DNA of 64,000 nucleotides, taken from an uncultured Planctomycetia bacterium. GTDB taxonomy: Bacteria > Omnitrophota > Gorgyraeia > Tantalellales > Tantalellaceae. Position numbers and translations under genes: made by a program. Location: the NCBI GenBank assembly GCA_964409365.1, contig CAYPCX010000002.1, forward strand, positions 160,984-224,983. Direction: 5' to 3'. Within the stretch, counting starts at the first letter, position 1. Each line of letters starts with the position of its first letter. Positions 30,001 to 42,000 of this stretch are shown piece by piece. The notes beneath the pieces are model-generated. The model was not told the DNA's origin and searched no databases. It was given only the letters and a program-made list of their open reading frames with translations.

Positions 30001-33000
30001 TAGGGCCCGTAAGAGGGATGCTGTTACCCGCCCTGAACGCTTTCGTGAGGGCCCACCCGGCACTTGCGGGCGTGATCGCGGTCACTCTTTTCATACCGAC
30101 GGTCCACCTCAGGCAGATCTACGCCAAGAAGATAGGGGCCGTTGATGAGACCACCGAGAGGCTAATGCCTTTTACGGCCGGTTACGGCGAAGGCGATCTC
30201 AGGAAGTCTTTTCAGGGCTGGGCGATCGTGAACCTTTTGCGTATCCTGGCGGGGCCGAGCCTTTATGCGGGGGCGGGCATGGTGATAGTTTCGATAACCC
30301 ATCCTATCCTGACCACGGCGTCACTGGCGGTCCCCGTGATGCCGATGGCCGTCGCGCTTATTTCCATTGGCCTGGCCATCGCGGCCAATATCGCGCTGAT
30401 ACAGATGTTCAAACCCGAATTTGAGAAGAGGGCAAAACATGTAACTGCGGATTCCGACCAGCTGCAGAGCGGTTTCAACGCTTTTGTCAGGACGTTGGTC
30501 ATAGGATTGGGGATACTGTTCGCCATCCAGATCGGGGACGGCATGGTAGTAAAGACGCTCCTGTCGGTAGCGGCGGTAGCTCTTTCCGCTTACGTTGCCA
30601 GGACCATAAGGATGAAGGCGGACGAAGGTTATTACAAATCGGCCGGGCATATACATACCGGTGTTATCCTCGGGCTGGGCGCCACGATAGCCGTGCTCGT
30701 AGCCGCGTCGCTTCTGGGAGGAGCCGCCATAGCCGGGTACGCCCACCCGATAATGAAAGGTGTCGTGGCGGTCCTAGCAATAGGCACGATCATATCCCAG
30801 TTCGTCCTCGCGGGCAAGCTGGCCAAAGAAGCGAGAAGGCCTCTTATCAAGGAAGGAAAGGCCGAAAAAGCCAGGTGGCGCGGCCGGGCCGCTTTTATCA
30901 GGTCGTTTGTCCCGAATGCCCGCACCGTGTTCATGTATGGCGCTATTATATGGAGTTTTTACCAGTGCGGGGGGATCGTTCCGATGCTGCTGTACGTGGG
31001 TATCCCGGCCGCTATCGTCACTTACCTGGTCCATAGGTACAGCGTAAAGATCGAGAGAAGGTTCGGGAAACGGGTCTCGAGGATAGTTACCAGTATCGGG
31101 AATAAGATGGTCATGGCATCCGCCGTGGTCACGCCCATTGTCCTTTACCCGGCTGCCGCTTACGGGGCGGAAGAACTGAAGAAGAAGCTTGCCGTAAGGC
31201 AGGAAGACAAGGTCGAGGCCCTGCTCAGGCAGCAGGAATATTCACCGGAACAGCTCGCCGGTTTAAAACGTTTGCGCAAGAATATAGGCAGGGTCTTTGA
31301 TAAGGTTAAATCCGGCAGCTGGCAGAGGGCGGTCGAAAAAGACAAGGCAAGGGAGATCGCCGCGAAAGTGACCGCGGTCGAAAAACTTATCGAAGAAGCC
31401 AAAAGTGAGCGAGAGATCAGGAAGATAAAGATGCCCAAGGACATCCCCGCCGAATTCCGTGCCCATCTGAGAGAAGTGAAACTCGAGAAGCTCAAGAAAC
31501 TGAAGACCAGCCTGGTCCTCGCCGAGCAGATGGCCGCGAAAGCCCTGGCGGAACTTGATCCTATAGAGGTGCCCGGTTCGTATCCCGTAAAGTGGAAACA
31601 GCGCATCGAGGATATATGGAACGGCAAGGATCCCGAAGTGGGCATACACGACGTGACCCTGTTGATGGCGACAGGCGTTTTGGATATCATGGCCAGGGCC
31701 AAGACCCCGGAAGAGATTGACGCCGTAGGACTTCCGGCCTTTTTCTCCCCAGAGGTGGAAAAGTTCGTGGAAGAAGTCAAAGCCGATAAGCAGAATTACA
31801 GAAAGATAGTGGACATGCTTCTCGCTGCGAGAGCCAACCGCGCCAACGATATATTTGGGACGGTAAAAGTGCCTGTAGGTATCCCGGTCGACTGGGCACG
31901 GCGCGTCAACGGCGTAAGACTGGACCAAAAGGAGTTAGGAAAGACCCTGAACAGGATACTGTCCGCGGAGACCGAAAAAGACCTTGACCGGATACACGTT
32001 CAGCCGGGGGAATTACCCATGGCCTGGACCGATTCCCTGTATGAAATGAAGCCCGAACAGCTGGCATTAAGAAAGATCATGCAGCGCATAAAGAGCGCCA
32101 AGACACTGGAAGAGCTCGAAAAGGTGGATGTGGCCGGCGGGATCCCCCCGAAATGGAGAACGCGCGTGGAAAAGATGAAAGCGGACCTTATAAAGGTCAG
32201 GAAAGCCCTCACGTTCGTTATCGAGGCCGAGACCCTGGAAGAGCTCCAGCGCATGAAGATACCGGAAGACCTTCCTGAAGAATGGAAGGAGGACATCAAA
32301 AAGATAAGGGATGACCAGATCGAGCTAAGGAAGGTCCTTGCCCGGATCAGGGACGTGGAGAAATATGAGGATTTCGAAGCGCTCGAAGCCGTAGAGGTCC
32401 CGATCAGCCTTCCTGATGAACTGAAGGAACGCGTTGAAAAAGTCCGAGATGATCAAAAGAAACTGCTCGAGGCGGAATTCGCCCTGGGCAGGCTCAGGGC
32501 CGCGGAAACACCGGAAGACCTTGCGCAAATACGGGAAGACCTTGAGATGCAGGAAGTGCTGAAAGATTTCCCCATTCATATCGAGAAGGGAGAGCACCTG
32601 GCCTACGAGATCAAATCTTTGCTCGCGTCGAAGAAGAAGAGGCTGGAAAACGCGACTTCCAGGAAGAAAGCGGTGATAGATAAACTGGTAGAAGGGTTAT
32701 ACAAAGAAACGGTCGCTTTCGGGAAAAACATTGATGCGAGTTTCAAGGAGACCGTGGAAACGTTGGAAGAAAACCAAAGGTCCGCAGTGAGACGGTTGGC
32801 CCATATAGATCTGGCCAAAGGATATGGCGGGAAGTTAGCGGAGGTCATGAAAACTATAGCGGCCGCAGAAGATCAGGATAAACTCGACAGGATAAAGATC
32901 CCCGCGGGTATCGCTGCCGAAGATAAATATGAACTCGAGCAATCCAGAAAAGAGCAGATGGAATTAATTAAGATCCGTGCCAGGGTAAAAGGCGTCGCGA

Positions 33001-36000
33001 CGTCGGTGGACTTTGTTCAGGAGAGACTTGAAAAGCTCGAAAAAACGGTGCCCGAAGAGCTTGAGAACGCGGCAGCAGGCGTTGCGCGCGAGATACACGC
33101 CAGGGTCCTGGAGGTCCTGCAGGAGGCCAGAGATGCCGTCAGCAAGAAGGACTTTGACGGGGCCACGGAAAAGATGCAGCATGCCAAGTATCTGACCAAC
33201 GTACTGGTGGTCTTTATGGAATCCGGTTTACGTATTGAAGGACTGGACACCAAAAGCCTGCTCGGAGAGCTGGAAGCCGTTAACAAAGGCAGACGAGCGG
33301 CGTTCGAAGGTAAAGAGGCGAAGGAGGATATCAAACTGCTGAATAAAGAGACCGAGAGGGAAAGAAAGGCCATTGACGAAAGCAAAAAGAGACTGGACGC
33401 CGCCAAGTACGAGTTCAGGGCGAAAGAGATAAGACTCGAGAGCGAAAGACGGAGCATCAGGGAGCGTCTGGAGAAGGCCGGGCTCGGGAAGATCGAGAGT
33501 CCGACGGGAGCGGGGTATGAGATAGGCGGCATGTTCGGCATGGTGCTTACGGCCGGTCCCGGAGATTCGGGCAAGATCGAGGAAATTGAGCACTACAGGG
33601 CCGCCGGCGCCCTCATGGGGGAAGAACTCGACAAGCTGATAAAGGAGAAGAAGGTAAAGTTCTATTATAAAAAGGATGGCAAAAAAGAATATGTAACACC
33701 CGACAAGGCGATCGCGTTCTCTATGGCCACCCACGCGGAATATATGAAAAAGACCTATAAGGTGCACCGCGGGTCGCCGAGCGAGCCGCTCTGCGTCCTG
33801 AAGAGGCAGCTTGGCGGAAAACCCGGCAGGGCAATGATCGTGATGGATAAGAGAACGCTGCTTGAGCTTTACAAGAGGGATTTCAGATTTTTCGATAAAG
33901 AAGGCAAAAGGATATACATGCGGCAGATGTGGCGCCGCATCCAGGGCGATTTCATAGTGACGGAGGACGAGAAAGTCCCGGTCAGGCCGACCAGAGAATA
34001 TTACGGTGAGAAGTTCGAGGACAGGAAGACCAGGAAAAAGATCACGGAACATTCCACTTTCATATGCCCCGAGGAAGGCGGAACCTTCAAGGTCGCGGTA
34101 GCTCAGAAGCTGGATTGGTTCGAGGACTACAATGGCCTGAAACGGGAACATGTGGTGTTTGACGGCCGGAACAGTCCCGCTTTTTCCTTTCCCCTGGATG
34201 ATACCGTCACTTATTACGATGGCGAAGATTATGAGATCGGCACGGGCGACGTGTTCGACCTGGAGATGTACGCCAGTGTTTACAAGAAAGGCGATGTCCA
34301 GTATGACCTGGTTGACGCTTACATGGTCGAGTTAAGGTACAAGATGGAAGGCGGCAAGAAGAAGTTCGACCGCATTCGCGTGTTCCGCAGTGAAGAAGAA
34401 GCGAAGAAAAGAAGGGCCGAGTTCGGTAACGATTTCCGCGACGCGAAAACGAAAGAGACGGCTTACCCGCAGGAGAAAAAGATCCCGGGTCTGAAGAGAA
34501 AGCCGGTCTTCGACCTGAAGGCGAGAGGTGTCTCCGGGATAATGAGGGACGAGTTCATCTGGGGAGCCAGGAAGTTCGAAGATTTCCATTACGGCTTATC
34601 GCTGGGCGGGGAAGGTCCGATAGCATACGGCGAAAAGGGGTGGTTCGGCGAAGAGAAGAAGGTGTTCAAAGTCGCGGAACAGCAGGAATATCACAAAGCG
34701 GGATGGAGTTTTTACAATAAAGAAGATGAAATAATAGATCATAATGATCCGGAACTCTTCGCCGAAGCCGTCAAGGCGCGCGATGCCCACGGCAGGGAAT
34801 GGAAGCTGAAGCCTACCATTTTTATAGCCGCCACGGAAAAAGACGAGAACGGCAACAGAGAGTACAGGGTTGCCGGCACCCTCGAGGAATTCGTACAGAC
34901 GTTCGGCAAGTCGTTCTTCTCAGATTCAAAATTCACGGATAAACACGGGAAGGAAGTCTCTATAGCTCCGTTGCAGGAAGCGTATCTGAACTCTTTCGAA
35001 GGCGCGAAGATGAAGGAACTACAGATGACGCTGAACCTGTTCTACACGGGTCAGGAGATATCCAGGGTCAGGGGTGTCGTTGACGGGCAGGAGAGGGAGT
35101 ACGAGGTCTATCACGGGGAGGAAGCGAGGGAAAAAAGACAAGAACTAGTGAAAAAATATCCGGAGTACTATAAACCTTTAAAGGACGGAAAAGTGCCCAA
35201 GATGCTGTGGGTATGGAAAGGCAAAGGGGAAGACGGGCAGGGGCTGATGGCCGCGATCACGATCTGTGACATCGAAGACGTGCTGGGGTACTTGAAGAAT
35301 AAAAGGCTCAATCTTGTGCCGCTGTATGAATACACGGGATTCGATGAAGAAGGCAAAAAGGTGAAGAAGTATGCCGAGATATTCACCGAGGAACAACTGA
35401 AAGATATCCGGAAAAAGGACAGCTGGAAGAAGTTCGAAAAGATCAACGCCATGATCGAGGTCGCGAGAGCGAGATACAAGGTACGGGAAAAACAGAGGAT
35501 CTTGAATGCGCGAACGGAAGGTCTTACCCTGGAGGACGCGGTCGTTTTGGGCGCCATATACGGCCCGGACGCGCGGAAAGACCTTTTGAGCTACTGGCAG
35601 AGCGTTGCCGGTATAACACTGGAGGGATCCGGTGTGTTCAACATCATAGCGAAACTGAGTTTTACCATACCGCAGTTCGAGAACGCCGCGGGGGTCGACA
35701 TTTTCTTCAGGATAGATCCCGGCAGGGACGCCAGGATAGCCAATGCCAGGGAGATGGCCAACGCGCACAGGCACAGGTTCCAGAGAAAGCAGCAGATCAG
35801 GGCGCTTGATGTCGTTGATCTCTTCATGGAGATGCAGATCAACCGGGCACGTAAGGAATATGACGAAAAATCCATGAAGATATTCAGGGCCCAGCTCAGG
35901 CGTTGGGGACTGACGGACGAGCACCTCAGAAGGATCGAAGAAGGAAAGAACTGGAATGACGCTACTAATTTAGTGAAGAGCATTATAGGAAACAAGGGGA

Positions 36001-39000
36001 CACCCTCTGAACAGAGGGTGCTCAGCGAGATCAACGCGTGGATGGTAGCAAAGGCCAAGATGAAAGAATGTGACAGGAGGCAATCGGCCCTCCAGTCCAG
36101 GTTGAGCTCTCTGGGAGTGAATGTCGGAGAGATCAGCGAGAAAGACATGGACAAGTTATTGGATGGTCTGGAGGGTATGACCCCGGACAAGATCATTGCC
36201 ATGTTCGAGGCAAACGGCATTGTAGATAAAGGGGATAAACTTTCCCTTGACCTGCTGAGGGAGGAAGCGCGCAGGCGGGCGATGAGATGGAAGATCGAAG
36301 AAGCGCGCAAAGGGCCGTGGGTCTATTATCTCGGCGTGAGTTTCGGCATGCCTTATAAGGTCAAGCCGCTCTTCGGCATGGAAAGAAAAGGCGACCTCAA
36401 CAATTTTGAGCTGACCGTTCCCATGGCCAAGATACAGAAGAAACAGCGGGATATCGCCTTTTTGAGGGCGGTGAAGAGCCACAGGGAAGAAAAAGAGCTC
36501 CTGGAAGAGGTTATCCCCCAGATGGAGGAGATGATCGCCGCCATGGACGCTTATCTCGACGATCTTAACCAGGGCGTGAGGGACGTAACGGGAGCTTCAA
36601 GGAAGGGAAGGTTAGAGGAAAACGCCCGTAACGAGTTCATCGGCAAGGCGGAAAAGGTCTGGAGGACATTGAACAGCCTCAAGAAAGAGATGGCGAGGAC
36701 CATAGAGGATTATAAGATACGGCTTGAAGACCTTGAGGAATTCGTCGCTCCTGAGGAGGAAAGAGAACTGGTGCCCGGAAAGTACACCCGTGACATGGCG
36801 AAACGCGACGCTATTGTCAAGGCCGAAAAAAGCGGGGCCCTGGCTTCGGCGGAAGCCGATGAAGACAAGGCGCGCAGACTGTATCAGGAAGCCAGAGAAA
36901 AGCCGGCCCTTCTCATTACAAGGCTGGGGTATACGGGAGGAGGACCGAAGAACATAGAAACCAGTTTCCAGTTAAAGGGCCCGGGATGGAAGCATCTTGA
37001 GAAGTTCCTGGAGCTGGATGTCAGGATAGCGAAGCTTCAGAAGAAATATGTGAAAGAAAGACTGCCGTATGAAGTCCAGAAAGCTTACAGGAGGTGCCTG
37101 AGCGCGAAGGCGCGGGTAAAGAACCTGAGGATAGCCGTGGAAAAATGGGAAACGGCGCTTAAAGCCGCCGAAAAGCGCGGCGAAGTGGGTAAAGCAACAA
37201 AGATAAAATCCGAGATGGGAGAATGCGAGGTATTGCGCCGCACTGCTGAAAATAATCTTAAGAACGCCAGGATGGCCCTCGAGCATCTTACAGGCAAGAA
37301 GTTCGAGGAGCTTGATCCTTCTTCGCTGGATAAGCCGCTGAGGAAGCCCAACCCCAACCTGCGGCTGGAGATACTCAAGCTCAGGAAACAGCAGGCAGTG
37401 GAGATACTGAAGATGAGGGAGGACAACAGCCTGATCACCGCCCTGTTCAAGATGTGCTTTTCCAGTTTCAAGCAGGGAGAGGACAAGGATAATTTCGGCC
37501 TTACTTTTTCGGGAGATGTTTTTGAGTTCATCCAGAACGTGGATACCAGCCCCGAAGGTTTCGACGCTTTCCTGAAGAAGCAGAAGGTCCTGATAAGGAA
37601 GTGGGACAACCAGATCGACATGGAACGGGCCAGGGTCCGGGACTTTAAAGCGCAGAACGAAGCCGAACTTGACGCAGCAAGAGGGAACCTGAAGACCGCC
37701 ATTGCCGAAGTCGAGGCCGACAGGAAATATCTCGACAGCCTGTACAGGCTGTCGCTGGATCTCAGGTATGCCGGGGTGAGCCTGTACAATGAGATACTTT
37801 TCATGGAGGCCAAGCTTCAGAATTCCGTTAACAGCATGGAAGACGCGGTATACAGGTATCTCGATGCCCTTGATGATTGTGGTATGACCATGAACGCGGG
37901 CGTGATCCTCAGGAATTTTGCCCAGCGGTCCGGTCTGGCCCCGTCCGCTTATAACGCGTGGCGCGCGAGGCTGGAAAAACGGCTGTTCTTCTACAACATG
38001 GGTCTTTCCGTGCGTTTCCAGATCTCCAAGTTCTTCGGCGCCGGTTCCCCGATAAAGAACCAGCTGGCCGCCCGCGACAACGCCATTTTCTGGGTTGACA
38101 GGTTATTGCACAAGATGGCCGGGGACGCCCAGTGGAAACAGTTCAGATATTACGACCCGGTAACCGGCCGTGCCAAGCTGAAGGACGATCATATAAACGC
38201 GTATCTGTACAACCAGAAGCTGGTATCACACATCGACATGATGAACGACCTGATGAGGACGGAAGAAGAGATCAGAAGGGCCGAGGCCAGGGCCGGCATA
38301 GAGCTGGGTAAATACAGGCCCAAGCCGACGTTCCCGACAATGCTTATAAACATCAAATTCAATCTTTTCAAGGACCCACTCAAGCAGGAGATAAAGGGTC
38401 ATATCGTAGAGCAGGAAGAAGCCCGCATGGCCGAGGAGGAATTGCGCGACGAGTCCAGGCTCGTGAACGTCGCCACGCAGTATGAAAATTCCAGACAGCA
38501 GGAGAACAGGTTAAAAGGGGAAATAAGGGAACTGGATATGGTGATCAGTTCCGCGGAAGATACCATAAAGCACCGCGATGAGACATCGTCCGAGAGAGGG
38601 ATCTACAGGCTCAAGACACTGAAACTCGAGAAGGAAAAGCAGCTGGCCAGGGCGGAGATGATGACGAAGTTCTTCCAGGGACAGCTCAAGGAAGAGATGA
38701 AAGGTCGCGCCGTGTTCGTCCTGGAAGACGGAACGCCGGTGGACGTCACTAAGATCGATGATGCCCAATTTAAGCGGTTATGGATCAAGTTCAGGAGAGG
38801 GTATTCGGCCCTCAAGGACCTGGATGCCGCTGTAAGGGAGTGGGAGGAAGTAAGCGCCCAGGTGGTCGCGGCCCACCCCGCCCTCAAGAGGATGAAGGCC
38901 CTGGTCAAGGAAGCGGAAGGCAATTACAAGCTGGCGGGTTTCTGGATGAAATTCAGCCCGGATGTAAGGATATGGTTCGGCCTGCCGCTTTCTTCGCCGT

Positions 39001-42000
39001 CGATAGGAGGGATTTCTATTGAGATACCCCTGGTCACCGATCATAAGAGGGAAACCGAGAATGTCATGGCTTATCTCAGCATGTCACAGGCGGAAGAGGG
39101 GGTATTGGACCTGTCGGAGCAGATGCGGGCGGAATTGAGGCAGTACAAGGACGCTATTTTTCACACAAGAGGACTGCTGGAAGACCGGGCCCGTTCACTG
39201 AGGCTCACTGCCGGGAATTTTGTGCTGACTTTCAACAAGTATGAAAGAAATGATACCAATATCGATGATGTACTTGAAAAGGCGCAGGAATGGGCGAACG
39301 CCCGTCAGGAGTTCATGAAGCTCACGACCAGTTACAACCGCCAGGTCAGGGAACTTTCGGCCATTTTACGCAAACTTGACGTGACGGTTCCCCGTGCTCC
39401 CGCCGCGTCCGGGCTTAAAGGTCTGGAAAAAGACAGGGGTTTTATAGCGGCCGTGGGGAATTTCATGGACAACCTGCCCAGGCCGGACGCGGCAAGATCC
39501 GCCGAATTCAGCAAGCTGACCCGGGACAGCCAGGTCCGCGCGTGGGCCCTGGTCTGCAGGGACCTTAAGCACAAGGACAGGGAAGAGGCCATAAGGTACA
39601 TGGAAGAGCTGACCGACAGGTTGCGCGAAGAACAGGAAATGCCGTTTGAAGAGGACCAGGGGATCAGGACCCCCGAGATGACCGATATAATGGGACTGGA
39701 AGAGGATCCATATTTCAATAAAGCGGTAGAAAGGTTTTTGCAAGTACTTGGCCCGCAGGCCACGAAAGTCATTTCACAAAAGAAAGGTATTACCCGGAAG
39801 GAATGGGTGCGCATGCTTGCCCAGCTTTGTAACACCCATCGATGTAAAACAAGGGAAGAGGCTGTACTTCACGTGCACGGAATGGCCATGTGGGCTTCTT
39901 CGCTTCTCAAGCGGTACAGGATGGTAGAGGGGAACAAGGAAAAGCTGCACAGGACGTTCCCGGATTTCCTGGGGACGTTCATCTACCCGCTCACGACGCA
40001 GGAGAAGTCCGGCCTTGTCAACCACCCGGAACGGGGCACGTACCCGTACCTGTTCAATATGTTAGGCCTTGCGGATTGGCTGGCGTTCTCCGATCATGTC
40101 AGGATGGATGTATGGGGTGAGGATGAGCAGACGGCGCGTAACAGGACGAGCGCGCACCTTTATGATCTGTTCGATAAACTTTCCGGAAAGGATTCTTCCG
40201 ATGACCGTTGGATAAGGATATTCAAGGAGGGCTTGAACAAGCTGGGAATGGACCTTACGGATGAAGACGTGAGACAGGCCAGATGCGGCGTGGCGGAAGA
40301 AACCTCCGGATTCATGGGGAAGCCGTACGAGGTAGGCAGTCCCGCGAACGCGAGGGTGCTGGATGTGTCCTTCCGGTTCAAGAACCTGGCGAGGATGAGC
40401 GATGAAGAGTTCGATAAAGCTATGCCCAAGCTTGAAAGGTTGCGCCCGATCGCCGAAAAGCATTTTACCCCGCGCCCGGGCACGCCCGAGTTCTACCGGC
40501 ACGAAGAGGCCGAGAGGCTCAGGGTCCTCATGAAGGACAGGGACACGCTCAAAAAGGTCGAAGATCCCAGCGATAAAGACCGCACCAGGCTTGAGAGGCT
40601 GGAGAAGCTTATCGAGGCCGAGAAACAGACCGTTTATGATTCCATACTGGCCATCAATCTTTTCAAGCTGTATACCGGGATAACGGAAGGATGCCGGAAT
40701 GAATGGGATTTCGAAGATAACGTGAGGTATCTGGAGGAAAAGATCCTTCCCCAGATGGAGGACGATAAAGGCGAGTTCCTGGCTGATTATGACGACCCGC
40801 TGTTCAACGCCCTCTATTTCGTAAATCACCGAGGGGAAGCATATCCCGCGAAGCAGAACGGCAAGCGCGTGACCTGTTATGTGGATGCCGCGAAAGGAGA
40901 GGTCTCGATCAATCGCGGCATGGATATATTCCCGTACGAAGTATGGAAAGGCGTTTTTGACGAAGAGGATTGGACGATAAAAGGAGAAAAGGACGAAGAC
41001 GGCAACTGGACCAGGCCCTGGCGCTTTCAAAAATGGGGTAAAGCGACAAAACTCCGTAATTTCCTTTTCCGACTGCCCGACGGCAGCAGGAAGGTCACGA
41101 TAAGGTCGGGCTACAGGCTCCCCCTGACCGAATACAACAAGGACGGGTCGGAAGCCAAGAAAGGATATATCTTCAAGGAAGAGGACAAGAACCGTCTGGT
41201 GGTCACCAGCGAGACCATAGAGACGGAAGAGTTGAAGCACAGGAAGGTCGAGGAAACGTGGGTGACTTTCTTTGATGATGATGAGAAGATCACCGTCTCC
41301 GAGGGCTGGGTCGCCGGCATAAAAGGCGAGGGTGAAAGCCTGAAGGCGGCGAAAGGGTTTGACGCTCCCATCAAGAGGGAAGAGTTCAGGCGCGTTTATG
41401 GCTGGAACAGGATCGAGGCTGAAATAGAAAGGATGAGGGACGAGAGGATAGCCCAGATCGGCGATCCCAACGTGAGAAGGGCCTTGAAAAGGGCCGTCAA
41501 GAAAATAGAGGACGTGGAGAGAAGGCTGTGGGAAGAGAAGGTTGACAGGACGAAGAGAGCGGAAGGCGAGGTCGAGAAAGACGTCCGGACGCGGACGGGT
41601 GCGAAGATACGGGCTTTAAAGGGCGAGATAGAGGAGCTTGAGGACGATGAAAAGTTCCAGACCAGAAGGAAAGAGGCTCTTATCGAGGCCAGAAGGGAAC
41701 TGCAACAGGTACGGGAAGAGAGAAAGAAGAAAGCGGAAGAGATCAAGAAGAGAAAAGAAAAAGAGAAAGCGCAAACAGACGAGGAAAAACGCAAAGAAGA
41801 AGAGACAATAAAACGCCTGGAAGGGGAGATAACGGTTCTTGAGGAACAGATCGAAAATAAGGAGGCCGCCGCGAGGAAGCTGCAGGAAAAGATAAAAGAG
41901 GCGACTCCCGTGACGACCGCGGCCGGATCCGGGGTTAGCGTCAACCTGCCCTGGAGGCATTACGGCGAGGACGTCGGGAACTATCCGGGTGCGACGCACA

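Noticed and set aside
29950-31170. Calling the membrane domain downstream of the SecA-like module a SecY homologue
   Set aside because: The size and TM count are suggestive, but I cannot identify SecY signature motifs by eye. It is kept as a hypothesis in the findings and is not annotated as a feature.
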